The notes under the pieces: model-generated
Seen by the model: the letters and a program-made list of their open reading frames with translations, nothing else
The model's database searches: none
Told to the model about the DNA's origin: nothing
Program-made: the position numbers and the translations under genes
Shown here: piece by piece, positions 33,776 through 52,693 of the stretch
Numbering within the stretch: the stretch's first letter is position 1
How the letters are laid out: the number at the start of each line of letters is the position of its first letter
Assembly: GCF_009914755.1 (NCBI RefSeq)
Contig: NC_060935.1
DNA length: 64,000 nucleotides
Direction: 5' to 3' (one strand)
Source: the human T2T-CHM13v2.0 reference genome, Homo sapiens

Positions 33776-34239
33776 TCTTTATTCTTTTAAAATTAGTTAA
33801 TACATGTGTATGTTTCAAAAATCAAAAGGTACAAAAGGGCATCCAATGAAGAGTTTCTCTCTCCCTCTTGTCCCACAGCTACCAAATGCCTGCTTTCTTG
33901 TGTATTCCTCCAGAGGTATATCAAGATATTCTGAGGTCATTCCAGGCTGATTTTATCACACAGAGGCTAGCAGGAAGTTGTGCTTTGGGTCGTTGGTCCT
34001 GGTATACTCTGAGCCCCTGCCCTTCCCACTGTCCTTTCTAGCAGAGGGAGAGAAAGAAAGTCCCCCTGGTCAGGTATGCACAGCCTGAGAGGTAAGGTGG
34101 CAGGGAAAAGAGTCTCAAATTGTCCCTTGAACACACAAATCCAGTTATTGGTGCCGTCATTCTCACCCGGGTGTGGGCGGTTGGAGCTGGTTAGAGGTGT
34201 ATTTTACTTATAGGCCCTTTCTCCCCTCCTCTGCCCCAG

Positions 34240-34412
34240 CTCCTTCCATCTGAAGGACGTCCTCACTACCATCGGGGAGAAGGTGTGCCTGGAGGTGAGC
34301 AGCTGCCTCTCCCTGTGTGGGTCCTCTCCCTTCACCACGGACAAGGAGACCGTGCTCAAGGGCCAGATCCAGGCCGTGGCCAGTCCCGATGACCCCATTC
34401 GCAGGATCATGG
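34240..34412 (+). CDS. TCP11L1: TCP11L1 coding exon 8: [14 protein letters not shown]...PIRRIM
   Basis: CCCCAG|C acceptor, G|GTACGT donor; 173 nt. Confidence 0.96.
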
Positions 34413-35147
34413 GTACGTTTGGGGAAGGCAGGCAGCAGGGATGTGCCCTCTGAGGGGCTGGAGCACGAGTCCATCTGAAGAAACCTGAGGGCTCAGCTGG
34501 AGTTAAGGTGCTGATGGGTGAGGAGATGGTGTAATGAAGCACCACAGAGAGACCAGGGCCACCCAACAGATGGGCACAGGACCAGGCAGCCATCATTGTT
34601 CTAAGGGCTGCAACCTTGGAATCACTCTCCTGGGTTCACAAGCAGTGTCCCAGGGCAGCTTGGGCGTGTAACTTGACACTCGAGTTTCCTCATCTCTAAA
34701 GCAGGAATAAGGGCAGCAACCTTACAAGGTCGCTGCAGGAACTCCCTGGGATGAGAAGGTGAAGCGCTTTCCGTAGTGCCTGGCAGCACATAGTAAGTGC
34801 TCAGTAAATAGGAGCTGTTACGAAAAGAGCTGAATAGTAAAATGAAGATGTTATTTAAAAATACTATTAAAATATTATTAAATATTAGTATGTAATACTA
34901 TTAACATATCAAATATAATAACTTAAAATGGTAATATTAAGATATTGCTATTTAAAATTTATAATAAACTTGAAGTATTAAAATATTTTAATGCATATTC
35001 TATAAAATATTTAAAATATTCTATAATATTAGCTATTAGTTATCACAGCAATGGCTTTATGAAAAATTCTGTTAATTAGCTCGACTTAATCATTTTGTAG
35101 TATATACATACATTTAAAACATCATGCTGTATGCTGTGAATACATAG

Positions 35148-35460
35148 TTTTGTTCGTTTGTTTTTGAGACAGGGTCTCACTCTGTCTTCCAGACTGGAGT
35201 GCAGTGATGCGATCTCGGCTCACTGCACTCCACCTCTGTGCTCCACCTCCCAGGCTCAAGCAGTCCTCCCACTTCAGACTCCCAAGTAGCTGGGACTACA
35301 GGCATGCACCACCACACCCAGCTAATTTTTTGTATATTTTCTAAAGATGGGGTTTTGCCTTGTTGGCCAGGCTGGTCTCAAATTCCTGGACTCAAGTGAT
35401 CCGCCTGCCTCAGCCTCCCAAAGTGCTGGGGTTAACAGGCACGAACCACTGCATCCAGCC
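35148..35460 (-). mobile_element. Alu
   Basis: Reverse dimer. Confidence 0.85.
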
Positions 35461-35599
35461 AAGATTTATACTCACAACCTTCATAGGGAGGCAGGAAAGT
35501 GCCTGTAAGTAGACCTGTGGCCAGCAAGTTGCTACTCATCCTGCTGCCTGGGTTGTTTTGTAATAGCCAGTTATCGACAGATTGAAAACCAGCCCTTAA

Positions 35600-35860
<261 letters not shown>

Positions 35861-35958
35861 ACCAGTCTTTGGGTAGGAACAATACAAAGATTTCTACTTC
35901 AGTGAGGCTGCCAGCCCTGGGAACCTTAGAGAACCAAACTAACTTAAGAATAAGGGTG

Positions 35959-36880
<922 letters not shown>

Positions 36881-37297
36881 GTAAGGGTGTTAGGCCCTGT
36901 CCTGTCAGCAGTTTCTGTCTGTGTTGTGAGGCTCAGGAGGGTATAAGTTATTTGCACCTGAGAGGATTCCCCAGGCAGGAGGCAAGGCATGTAGTTTGAA
37001 AAAGTCTATTCCATATAAATGTCTCTGTTGTTTTTGTGATAAAATCTGCAAGAAGTGTGGCTTGATCAAATCTTTTTTCATGAGGATACACAAGAGTACA
37101 AAAGCATTGTGAAGGGGAATGGACTAGAAAAGCATCAACCTAAATTATTCCTCCAAGTAGGACAAGTTTACAAATGCCCATGACTTCCATGCAGGCATCA
37201 GAGAAGGAAGCACGAGCTGCTTTCATGGAGGCTTAGTAGGAAAAAAGTCTTTTTTGAACCTGTAATTCCTGCTTTAATCTTCCACCTTTTTATGTGA

Positions 37298-37696
<399 letters not shown>

Positions 37697-38026
37697 ACTC
37701 ATGCATTCATTCTTGCATTCCAAGTGTGTTTGAGCTTCTCCTGGGAGCTGGGTCTCATGCCAGTCACTGTGCTGAGTGCTGAGGAGACATGATGAACAAG
37801 ATGAGCATGGCTCCTACCTTCATGAAACTAACCATCTAGAGGGGAGAGAAAACATTATAAATGGGATGAATATGCAGAAGTGCAAGGTGCTGTGGGTATC
37901 TGGTCTGGGAGTATTGATCGGGGACAACTTCCCCTAAGAGGTGATGGTTAAGCTAAGAACTGAAGCACAGTAAGGTTTGTAAGGTGAAGGACAAGAAACA
38001 ACTGACCACTTTCTTTTTTGTCACAG

Positions 38027-38229
38027 AATCTCGAATCCTGACCTTCTTAGAAACCTACCTTGCCTCGGGTCATCAGAAGCCATTGCCCACAGTCCCTGGG
38101 GGACTCAGTCCAGTTCAGAGAGAGCTGGAGGAAGTTGCTATTAAATTTGCTCGCCTGGTCAACTATAACAAGATGGTCTTCTGTCCCTACTACGATGCAA
38201 TCCTGAGTAAGATCCTCGTCCGATCCTAA
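38027..38229 (+). CDS. TCP11L1: TCP11L1 last coding exon: [11 protein letters not shown]...ILSKILVRS*
   Basis: TCACAG|AA acceptor; TAA 38227-38229; nine exons sum to 1530 nt = 509 aa + stop. Confidence 0.97.
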
Positions 38230-39097
38230 CGTGTATGCACCCTACAGCAGCAGTATTACTCACTAGCCACAGAATACCTGTTCTGTACTCTAATGTTGCA
38301 TTGGAAAATGGCTATATAGTACATGTCTATTTAACAGCACCGATTCCAAAGGGAAGAATATTGTGTATCACTGTTGAAAAGACTTGTTGAGAAATCCACT
38401 GAATTCTATTTTGAGAGATTGTATTTATGAGTGCAAGTTTACAAATCAAAGAAGCATTTTGTTCTCGAGTTTTACAGGTAACACTCAGCTGTTGTCTCCA
38501 CTCCTCCCCCATCATGTCCTTCCAAGGAGGCTGGGACCTCTCTCTTCTGCAATCTGGGTAGTTCTTTCAGATGCCTCATGCTGAGCTGACGGCCATCCAA
38601 GCGCAAAAGAGACCAAGCCATGGCCTCACCTCCTGCCCTCCCTCAGACAGCCTTGTCCCTCACCCCTCCCTTCTGGTATTTTTGTTAGAAGGGCTATATA
38701 ACGTCTTATTGCCATTTTCTCCCCCTATTTATTGCTTCCTCCCTGCCTGGCCTAGCCAGGGCTCCCAAGCCCTTTTTTCTAGAGGAGAGTTATTTGTCTC
38801 TCTCTCTTTTTTTTTTTACTTTCTTTTTTGTATTTAAACATTCTTTTAACCTTCCCCCAAAGATACAGTTATTGGACTTTAAAAAGCTTGTTCTTTTATA
38901 CAAAATTACTCCTGCATCTGGTTGAGAGCAGTTATGACTTATGAGATCTAGTGAAAGGAAAGTCTTTGACTTTCAAGCCTTGAAAGTCAAGGAGGAAATG
39001 TATTGAAAAATAGTTTACTGTAATGTGAACGAAGAGAAATGTCTGGAATTCTTACTGAAAAATTGACCCTGAGACAATACACAGATGTGATGATTGA

Positions 39098-39103
39098 ATT
39101 AAA
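39098..39103 (+). terminator. TCP11L1: Candidate proximal poly(A) signal ATTAAA of TCP11L1
   Basis: Variant hexamer ~870 nt after the stop, with T-rich sequence downstream; usage not provable from sequence. Confidence 0.45.
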
Positions 39104-39409
39104 TTCTGGAATTAGATTTAACTGTTTTCAGATAAAATAGCTTGAGTTCACGAATCTCCTAGATGAGGAAGTCATAGGAAATCCCTGGTGTTTGAGCATT
39201 ATTTTTCAAGGAACTTCAGTGACCAGAATTCCTGACATGTCCTCTGAGCGTGAGTGATTTGGGTCTCATAGACGATCTGTTCTTTTTCTTTTTTTTTTTT
39301 TTTTTAAAGTGTACACATGTATGTCTGCATTTTAGACAGGGATGTTATATTAGAAGCAGAGCCATGAAGTTGGAATGACCAACTGCCACAACAGCAAGGG
39401 GTAAGACTA

Positions 39410-40009
<600 letters not shown>

Positions 40010-40199
40010 TCAGACCTGGTAGAGTCAGAATACATTCTGCTTTCAGGATTTTTGAGATTGCTGATGGTCCCAGGGTTTATACAAGGACTTGGATCTGGCT
40101 ATAGAAACTCAGGTAGAAATTACATGTATGCAGATCAGCACTGATGTTGGTTCTAATCTATAATGATGTGATAAATTAAAAAAACAAAACAAAAAACAG

Positions 40200-40490
40200 G
40201 GCTGGGCATGGTGGCTTACACTATAATCCCAGTACTTTGGAATGCCAAGGCAGGAGCATCATCTGAACCCAGGATTTCAAGTCCAGCCTAGGCAACATAG
40301 TGAGATCATGTCTCTACAAAAAATACAAAAAAAATTAGCCTGTTGTGGTGGCACACAGTTGTACTCCCAGCTACAAGCTGAGGCTGAGGCAAAAGGATCA
40401 CTTGTGCCCAGGAGTTTGAGGCTGCAGTGAACTATGATCATGCCACTGTACTCCAGCCTGGGTGACAGAGCCAGACCCTGTCTCTCCTTA
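40200..40490 (+). mobile_element. Alu (AluJ-like)
   Basis: Diverged full dimer. Confidence 0.85.
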
Positions 40491-40491
40491 A

Positions 40492-42573
<2,082 letters not shown>

Positions 42574-43500
42574 ATGAGGGTACTTTTAAAGAAGATAACA
42601 TCTTCCATGGTGTATTCAATGAGGTCGTGTCTGGAATTGTTCCCTTAAGGTGGAGGCTGCTCTGTGGCCACTGTGCCTGGCGGTTGTATGATCCTGGGTT
42701 CCTGGGCAGAGAAGCCTCAGCCTCAGAGTGTTTGGGGCCTTTTCCTGCCGCTCCAAGGCTGAAGGAGAGGAGCTTAACCCCAACTGCACAGCGCTGATCA
42801 CCACTTCCTGCAGTCATTCTTCCTAAATCTCAAAAACTCTTCTTTTGTAAGAGTAGATTCTTGCAAGATATTTTTCCCCTCCTGAGTTCTTACATTGCCA
42901 GAGTTCCATTTGGACCGTTTGAAATCTTGATGCATGAATAACTGGCTTCACAGACTCTTGGCCGCCCACTACCTCGGTGTCCACTGGTGGAGTTCTGCAA
43001 CTGGCAAAAGTCAAGAATGAAGGAAGCAAACTTCAGAACCACAATATTCATATTGAATCATTTTGTTGTTGCTCTATGAAGATAAGCTAATTTTCTTCCT
43101 GGAATCTCATAGGATTATTACTAAGGGCCAGGGAGATCCACTTCGTTCATTTAGTCACTCAGGAAGCATTGCTAAGCATCCCCCTGTACCTTCCCCTACA
43201 GCTCTCCTTCCAAAACGAAACATCCTTTGGAGTGTGTTGTCCTCCAGAATCGAATGGATTCTATATGCTGCATTCAGTAACAGGTTGTGGAGACAAGTGT
43301 CTTTTCCTGAAATTGCTAAGTGTATTTGGCAGTACTTTACTACTTGTGGATAGAACTGAGAGTGAGGTCAGTATCACCAAGCCTCTTGGATTTCTTCAGT
43401 AGTCTCATGGATAAGTGAATGTTTAAAGTAACTACTACTTTGTTGGCTCTTGGTTGGGCGGATGGATTCTCAGTCCTGGTGTTTATAAAAATCTCATTCC

Positions 43501-43816
<316 letters not shown>

Positions 43817-44984
43817 CTACAAAATGTGATTATTTATGTCACGATATGACCCAGCCATAAATGTACTTCAGGTAAGAAGGACACTGACATGATATCTTAC
43901 TGATCAAATGCAGTCAGTAGGTATATATGAACTTTTTTCTCTGTGAAGAAAAGCTATTAATAAGTTTGACTTAATAGGCCTATAGTATGCACATACTGGC
44001 CAAGATTCTAAATGGATTATTCAGCGGTTCTGTTTTTGTGGAGGTGCTTATTCTCATTTCTCCAAAGCCTTAAGATTCCTGGGAATAGAGGAAATGTTGC
44101 TGCCACCAGCTTTGCTGGTGAATTTCAAAGAGAATAGGTGTTTGCTGTTTGATTTCTAGTGACCTTTTGGCGAGCTCTGATTTATAGGTAGAACATTTGT
44201 GTTTCTTTTCATTTTGAGGCCAGGTGGTAGAGTGGAAAGACTGGGAGCTGTCAGGAAACCAAGGCTTGGATCTCCACTCTGTTATGTACCAGCTGGGGCA
44301 AATCAGGGCCCATTCCCAACTCCTTTAAAATGAAAGGACTAGACTTGGTCTTTAAGCTCCCTTCCGATTCTAACATTTGGTGGTAGCAGGATTGTGCACA
44401 AAGCTCCTAATTTAGAGAAAGATCTGGGTTTTAGTCTTTTCTCCTCTATCGCCGCCTTACCGGTTGTACAACATTGGACCAGCCATTCTCCCCAAGGCCT
44501 CGGCATTTTCATTGTTAAATGGGAACACTCCTAATTCACACTGTTGCTGTGAGGATTACATTTGGTAATGAATGATAGAATGCTTTGTACATGGAAAAGG
44601 ACTATACCTTTCTTTTTTAACTACAAAGGCGAACATGTAACCCTCTACCTGTGGGCGCACATTTGCTGTGGTGTTACGTTCCACTGGTAGCGCCCAACCT
44701 CCCTTCATTCAAGCACATTTTACGGGCCTACAGGGAAGGTTTTCTTCCTGTCCTCTCCTAAGACTTGTTTATGTTCATCATCTCTTCTATACTAGAGCTG
44801 CAGTCTTACATTTGCTTACTTCCTGACATCCACCCCCACCCCAGTGATTTCTCCCCATCTCCACCTCTATATTATTTGAACTAAATGAATTCATGAATGA
44901 ACAAATGAGTGGATGAATGAATGGTAATGGATAATGGGCTATGAAGTCATATTTAAAGGCACTATCTCATTTAAAAACAATCTA

Positions 44985-44990
44985 AATAAA
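44985..44990 (+). terminator. Canonical poly(A) signal AATAAA with downstream GU/U-rich element
   Basis: AATAAA followed ~22 nt later by GTGTGTATTTATATTGGATTTT. Confidence 0.6.
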
Positions 44991-45367
44991 TAACTACAAT
45001 GATATTTGCAAGTGTGTATTTATATTGGATTTTGCATTATATAATTATTTTAATGGAAAGCCTTTTTAGTCATAGTATTCAAAGCAACTTCAATGGGTGG
45101 GGAAGGGGATAATCTTTAAGCCCAGGTAAGCTCTGTTTATTAAACGATCAAGTGTTCACTGGTACTTTCAGAAATAGCCAGAGTTCTACAAAATATGTGT
45201 TAAAAGTCTAAACATATAATTCTACTTAAAACTGTCCCTCATGTGGGTTTCTGTCACACCTGACTTACATTTATTGCCTACCGAACTTAAGAACCAGAAC
45301 TAAGCTATAGGCCTGGTTCGATGGAGTGTCACTTTTCTTGACTTAAAAGTAACCTTAAAACAAGAGG

Positions 45368-46208
45368 GGCTGGGCAAGGTGGCTCACGCCTGTAATCTCA
45401 GAACTTTGGGAGGCCGAGGCAGGCAGATCATTTGAGGCCAGGAACTCTAGACCGGCCTGGGCAACATGGCAAAACCTTGTCTCTACTAAAAGTACAAAAA
45501 TTAGCCAGGCGTGGTGGCATAGGCCTGTGCTCCCATCTCAGCAGGCTGAAGTGGGAGGATTGCTCGAGCCCGGGAGGCAGAGGTTGCATTCAGCCAAGAT
45601 CATGCCACTGCATTCCAGCCTGGGTGACAAAGTGAGACCCTATCTCAAGAAAATAAAAAATAAAAAAAAGAAGGGCTTCACATGGTGGCTAATCCCAGCA
45701 GTTTGGGAGGCTGACGTGGGAGGACTGCTTGAGCCCAGGAGGTCAAGACCAGGCTGGACAACACAGGTAGATCCTGTTTCTACATAAAATTTAAAAAATT
45801 AGCTGGGTATGGTGGATGGTGGTGCATGCCTGTGGTCCCAGCTACTTGGGAGGCTGAGGTGGGAGGATTATGCTGTGATCATGTCTCAAAACAAACAAAA
45901 AGACTTATGAAAATTTTTGTTTTGTTTTGATTGTTTGTTTTTGAGATGGAGTCTCACTCTGTTGTCCAGGCTGGAGTGCAGTGGCACAATCTCAGCTCCC
46001 AAGCTCAAGCAATTCTCCTGCCTCAGCCTCCCCGAGTGGCTGGGATTACAGGTGTGCGCCACCATGCCCGGCTGATTTTTGTATTTTTAGTAGAGATAGG
46101 ATTTCACCATGCTGCCCAGGCTGGTCTTGAACTCCTGACCTCAGGTGATTTGCTCGCCTTGGCCTCCCAAAGTGCTGGGATTATATATGTGAGCCACCGT
46201 GCCTGGCT
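45368..46208. mobile_element. Alu cluster (two + copies, one - copy)
   Basis: ~45368-45670 +, ~45675-45900 + partial, ~45913-46208 -. Confidence 0.85.
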
Positions 46209-47019
46209 GAAATTTTTATTAAGTAAAACGTAAGTTCACTTGCTCATTGTCACAGTCAAAGAACTACCATGTTAAAAAAAATAATAATAATAATTTATGA
46301 CCATGATGACTATGGTTTAATAAAATTGAACTCAACATTTATTAACTATAGGCCAATACAGGGTTATAATATCAAATAAATTCATAATTATTGACCAGGG
46401 TCAATATACTAACAGAAATGATGTGTTTTTCCTTCTTTTTCTTTGGTACAGTTTGGTTGTTCAGAAAGTTTACTAGTAGTTTCTATTAACCTTTTACTGT
46501 ACTAGATGTGGCCACATAGGTGCAACCTCTTGTTTGAAGTTTAGTGGTAAAGGCCAGAGTTTGACTAATTTTTGTTTAGGAAGGACATACATATAGTCCT
46601 TGAAACTTTTGTCTAGTTCTAGAATCTTGAGGAGATGCTGTCATTGCTTTTATAAACAGGAAAAAGATGGATATCTTTTGGCAATTTCTTTGGGTCCAGC
46701 AATACTGATATGAGTCCTTGGAATTGTAGGACTGATTATCCCATGAGTCTGCACATTAGATTTCCAAAGGTAAGTTCAGATGTCTAACATCATGCTGCTT
46801 GTTGAACTGTTTAACAAAAGGAATTATCAAATATCAGGCAGAATCACCTTAAAAACTAAAAATTCATACATATCTCTAGCAGTTAGAACATTCGAAAATG
46901 TTTTCTTCTAATGAGAATCCTTTTTATGCTCAAAGAGCTGATCATTTCTAGGAGAAAAAAATCCTATAAATAAATGCAATAGGAACAATTATAATATACA
47001 TAGTAGCCTTAATAATAAT

Positions 47020-47427
47020 TGATATGGTTTGAATCTGTGTCCCCACCAAATCTCATGTCAAATTGTAATCCCCAGTGTTGGAGGTAGGGCTTGGTGGGAG
47101 GTGTTGGTCCAGGGGGGTGAAGTTCCCATGAAAGGGTTAGCACCATCCTCTCGGTGCTGTTCTTGTGACAGTGAGTTCTCATGGAATCTGGTTGTTTAAA
47201 AGTGTGTGGCACCTCCCCCCTTTCTTCATCCTGCCCTGGCCGTGTAAAACGTCCCTCTTCCCCTTCACCTTCTGCTGTGATTATACATTTCCTGAAGCTT
47301 CTCCAGAAGCAAATGCCACTAATCTATCTATACAGCCTACGGAACCATGAGCCAGTTAAGCTTCTTTTCTTTAAAAATTACCCAGTCACAGGTATTTCTT
47401 TATAGCATTGTGGGAATGGACTAATAA
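47020..47427 (+). mobile_element. MST-type MaLR solo LTR
   Basis: TGATATGGTTTGAATCTGTGTCCCCACCAAATCTCATG start; TTTATAGCA...GGACTAATA end. Confidence 0.85.
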
Positions 47428-47452
47428 AGTGATTAAAGACACTTTTCACCAA

Positions 47453-47494
47453 GTGTGTGTGTGCGTGTGTGCACGCACGCACGCGCACACACGC
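47453..47494. repeat. Alternating purine-pyrimidine (GT/GC)n(AC/GC)n quasi-palindrome
   Basis: 42 nt of strict RY alternation centred on GTGCAC. Confidence 0.85.
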
Positions 47495-47497
47495 TAA

Positions 47498-48290
<793 letters not shown>

Positions 48291-48338
48291 CTAACCACCA
48301 AAAATGGCACTTCAGGAACAAGTCTACACCTCTATATA

Positions 48339-48970
<632 letters not shown>

Positions 48971-49566
48971 TACTTGTGTCTTAAGTTTTGATGGTAACTG
49001 ATATTTTTAAAAAACTCACAACTTGAAAGTGATGCTTGAAAGGATAAGAAAGTCTGAATTAGAGGCAGCTGACTTTGTTTTGAGAGGCGATTTTTAGCTT
49101 TAATGGGAAAATACTGGAAACTAAACACACTTTTGACCAATTTATATAACCTTGCTACATATAAATTTATATGAGTAAATGATTCAGCATAACCTTTTTT
49201 TACAAGTAAGACTTTTATGGGACATTTGAAGCTGATTTTAAATGTCAGATTATTTAATCACATCTGAATTCAAATTCTAAACTAAATTGTTTCTAATATG
49301 TAAGATCATTTCTTTATAATCATAATACTTGTCCTCCCCTCCTTTTTGTTTCCCTCCTGCTTTTTAGTTTTTAACTAGTAATGAGAAGAGGAGGTAATGT
49401 TGTTACCAAAGAGCAAAGTCTAGTTCTTTGGACTTAATTTGCATGACAAGTTTTTGCTCACTGTAATTAGAATTTAGTTAAATAAATGTCATTTTCCTTA
49501 ATGTTATCTATGTTTAGCTCATGGAAAAAAAAATGTTCTTGAGCACTGGGCCCCTGTGAAAATATA

Positions 49567-49800
49567 CAAGTTGAGTATCCCTAATCTGAAAATCTGAAAT
49601 CCAACATGTTCCAAAATCCAAAACCTTTTCGGTGCCAACATGATGCACAAAGAAAATGCTTAGTGGAGTTTTGTGGAATTTGTACTCTTGTATTAGGGAT
49701 GGTGAACTGGTAAGTATGATGCAAATATTCTGAAATCTGAACAAATCCAAAATCCTGAACACTTCTGGTCCCAAGTATTTTAGATAAGAGATACTCTATG
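49567..49800. mobile_element. Tigger4/MER46-like DNA transposon fossil
   Basis: CAAGTTGAGTATCCCTAATCTGAAAATC...GATAAGAGATACTC inverted termini. Confidence 0.7.
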
Positions 49801-50139
49801 TGAGAACAAGACAGCAGGTGGTTAAAGGAATTTCCACACTTAGGTTGCTTTCAAGAGAGACAAAAGTATTAACAGGATCTTAATCTGCCTCAGATTTACT
49901 GGGGAGCAAATGCATTCATATTTGAGGATTTCTAAAATGTTTAATTTGCCTCTTAAAAATGTTTTTAGTTAGCACCAAAAAAGACCAGGAAGGAGTATGT
50001 GATTAATACATTTAGTAAATACAAGATGACTTTTCCTTGTCCTGACATTTATTTTTAAATGGTATTGGATAAATAACATAAGTAGTTATTGTAAATAAAA
50101 TCTGAAAGAAGCAGAGGAAGCATGATGTTTCTGAATCCT

Positions 50140-50145
50140 TTTATT
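50140..50145 (-). terminator. CSTF3: CSTF3 poly(A) signal AATAAA (second AATAAA at 50048-50053)
   Basis: TTTATT on + strand ~485 nt past the stop; upstream UGUA (50173-50176) and U-rich downstream region. Confidence 0.75.
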
Positions 50146-50628
50146 TTTTAAAGGACTTTTAAAATTTGAAACTACAAAACGGATTTCATACATTCTGCCA
50201 TAAATAAAAACAAACAATAAGGCAGGACTCTACATAAGCAAACCAAGAACAATTGTTTTCAGAAAATGTGATAAAATGCTTTACAATCATAAGCCATCCA
50301 GTTTTTAAAATAAAACTGTTGAAAAACTCACAAATCTTCAAGCGGCACATACAAGACACCCTTGAAGAGGGAACAAAATGTGGTTCTGCCACTTTGTACT
50401 GTTCTCACATTTTTGAAAACCTAATTTTGCTTAGAGCATAGGTCTGTTCCGTATTCTAAAATTCACACAGGTTGGTTTGTTTTTTCTCAAGAACCATGTG
50501 ATAGAGGCACCAATGACAATACAACTTTGTTTCCAAGAACCTTGTAACAAAGCGTTGTCTCTTTTAAACATACCACTTGAGGCAAAAGGAATCCTGGACA
50601 GGAGTTTTCTGTAGAGGCGTTTAAAACC

Positions 50629-50831
50629 CTACCGAATCCGCTTCTGCTGCCGTGCTCTGTAAATGTCATGAACAGGGGGGACAACGGCTCCCTTTTCTTC
50701 ATCTTCATCTGAATCCTCGTTGGGCCTTTTGACGGCCTTGGTGAGTACTGCATTACTTTCCACGGGGCCGTTGCCTTCTACAGCTAGCTCTGGGGCCCCA
50801 CCAGTAATGATCCTCACAGCTTCCTCAACAG
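50629..50831 (-). CDS. CSTF3: CSTF3 (CstF-77) terminal coding exon: [11 protein letters not shown]...[12 protein letters not shown]
   Basis: Acceptor TTTTAATAG|CT; TAG at 50629-50631; matches CstF-77 C-terminus. Confidence 0.97.
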
Positions 50832-51261
50832 CTATTAAAACAAAACAACAAAACGTAAAAACATATTCCACTATGAAAGGGTATGTATGTTCAACTGTGG
50901 ATACTTTATAGTTTATTTCATAGCCTACTATTTTAGCAAAACATGGGATAGTACTACTGATACTAAATAATTAAAGAAAAAGACAAAAGCTGCTGTTAAA
51001 ACTAATAATTTTCATAAGCCAAGCCTGATAGTGCATGTTCACATGAATAGAAAAGATAAAGTTTTATGACATTTTACTTAGTGGAATTCAATGTGAATAA
51101 GCCTCTCTCTGCCAAAGAGGGTTTGGGTAACTCCTGGGTTTCACTGCACTTCAAATTGGCTGGCTGGTTTCGAAAACTTCAGTGGCAGAGAATAATAATC
51201 TCTACTGCCTATGAGACAACAACGTGGAATGACACTCTGAAATGGAGCTTCTGTTACTTAC

Positions 51262-51322
51262 TATTTGGTATCTTGCATCTTCGGAAAATTTCCATCAGTT
51301 CATCCACTTGTACAAAAGGACC
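51262..51322 (-). CDS. CSTF3: CSTF3 exon: GPFVQVDELMEIFRRCKIPN
   Basis: AATAG|GGT acceptor, A|GTAAGT donor; 61 nt. Confidence 0.96.
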
Positions 51323-51443
51323 CTATTTTTGACATGAATAAATTTTAATCCCAGTAATCTGACAAGTTAAAGTAGTAGTAACTTTATACACAATTACTAT
51401 GACCCACAGAGCCAGTATCTACCATGAAAATAAGTGAACAAAC

Positions 51444-51538
51444 CTGGAAACAGATAGGAGGAGGGAGAAGTTTCATTAAAACAACAGCTGCAGGAGGGAC
51501 TGGGAACACTCCACCAGGTACAGGGTGTAAACCTGGAG
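51444..51538 (-). CDS. CSTF3: CSTF3 exon: [15 protein letters not shown]...PPPICFQ (proline-rich region)
   Basis: CTCACAG|CT acceptor, CAG|GTTTGT donor; 95 nt. Confidence 0.96.
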
Positions 51539-51973
51539 CTGTGAGAAAAAGAAAAGTATGAATCAAGTGGAATGGAAGAATTTCTACACAGAGCTAAAAT
51601 CAAGTGACTTGCACATAAAGATCTTCCATGTCTGCTGCTTTGTTCTGGACACTGAAAATACTTCTAGGGCTTTACCAAACCAAAGTGGGTGAGACAGAGC
51701 AGTCTCAATGCCGTGGCCACTGGGAGGCAGAGAAGTAGACAAGTGACTTTGTGTAAGACAACCAGGGACTGAACTAAAGTCAGTTTTTGTCAAAGAGTGT
51801 TTCTGAGTTACACAAGTCATTTGTTTAGCAATCCTGTTTCAAGTCAATTATTCAACAGTGTATTTAATCAGAAGGGCCTTGTTCAAAAAGAATCTAGAGA
51901 GGCTACTAACCCATTCCTAAGTAAAGAAACCAAATCTATCAGTGAAGAAAGTTTCCACCAGCTGTTCAGGTAA

Positions 51974-52290
<317 letters not shown>

Positions 52291-52539
52291 TAGCAGCATT
52301 TCTGAAAACCAAGTATTACTGCCAAAATGGGTTCCTGGAATCTGGATCATTGAAGTTTTGTTTTTAGGACATTCTTAGTTAATCTAGTTCAAAGATTAAA
52401 GCTAAATCACTTGTCATAGTGATCCTAAGTCTAATAATTAACCCACAATTGAGAGGCCATGTCACTTTACCCCCACGCTTTGGATTTAAATCAACAAACA
52501 AACCAACGTCTCAGTACTGGATCTAAAGTCATGGCTTAC

Positions 52540-52693
52540 GTGCTAAATGTCGTGGCTGAAATGGAATCATCTGCTGAGTGTCTGGTTTAGGGTATTCTGG
52601 TTTTCTATCCACTTCATCTTTCAGAACAGGCACTATAGAAGGAGCTACAACTGGGTCCGGAATTATAGCTGCTAGCTTAGCACGGGAGACATC
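52540..52693 (-). CDS. CSTF3: CSTF3 exon: [14 protein letters not shown]...QPRHLA
   Basis: TTTCAG|GAT acceptor, C|GTAAGC donor; 154 nt. Confidence 0.96.

Noticed and set aside
34850-35040. Extremely AT-rich stretch
   Set aside because: Low-complexity sequence next to old L1/MIR fragments; no defined unit or structure
43063-43353. 96-aa + strand ORF as a lncRNA micropeptide
   Set aside because: Starts at a non-ATG codon; no supporting signal in the sequence
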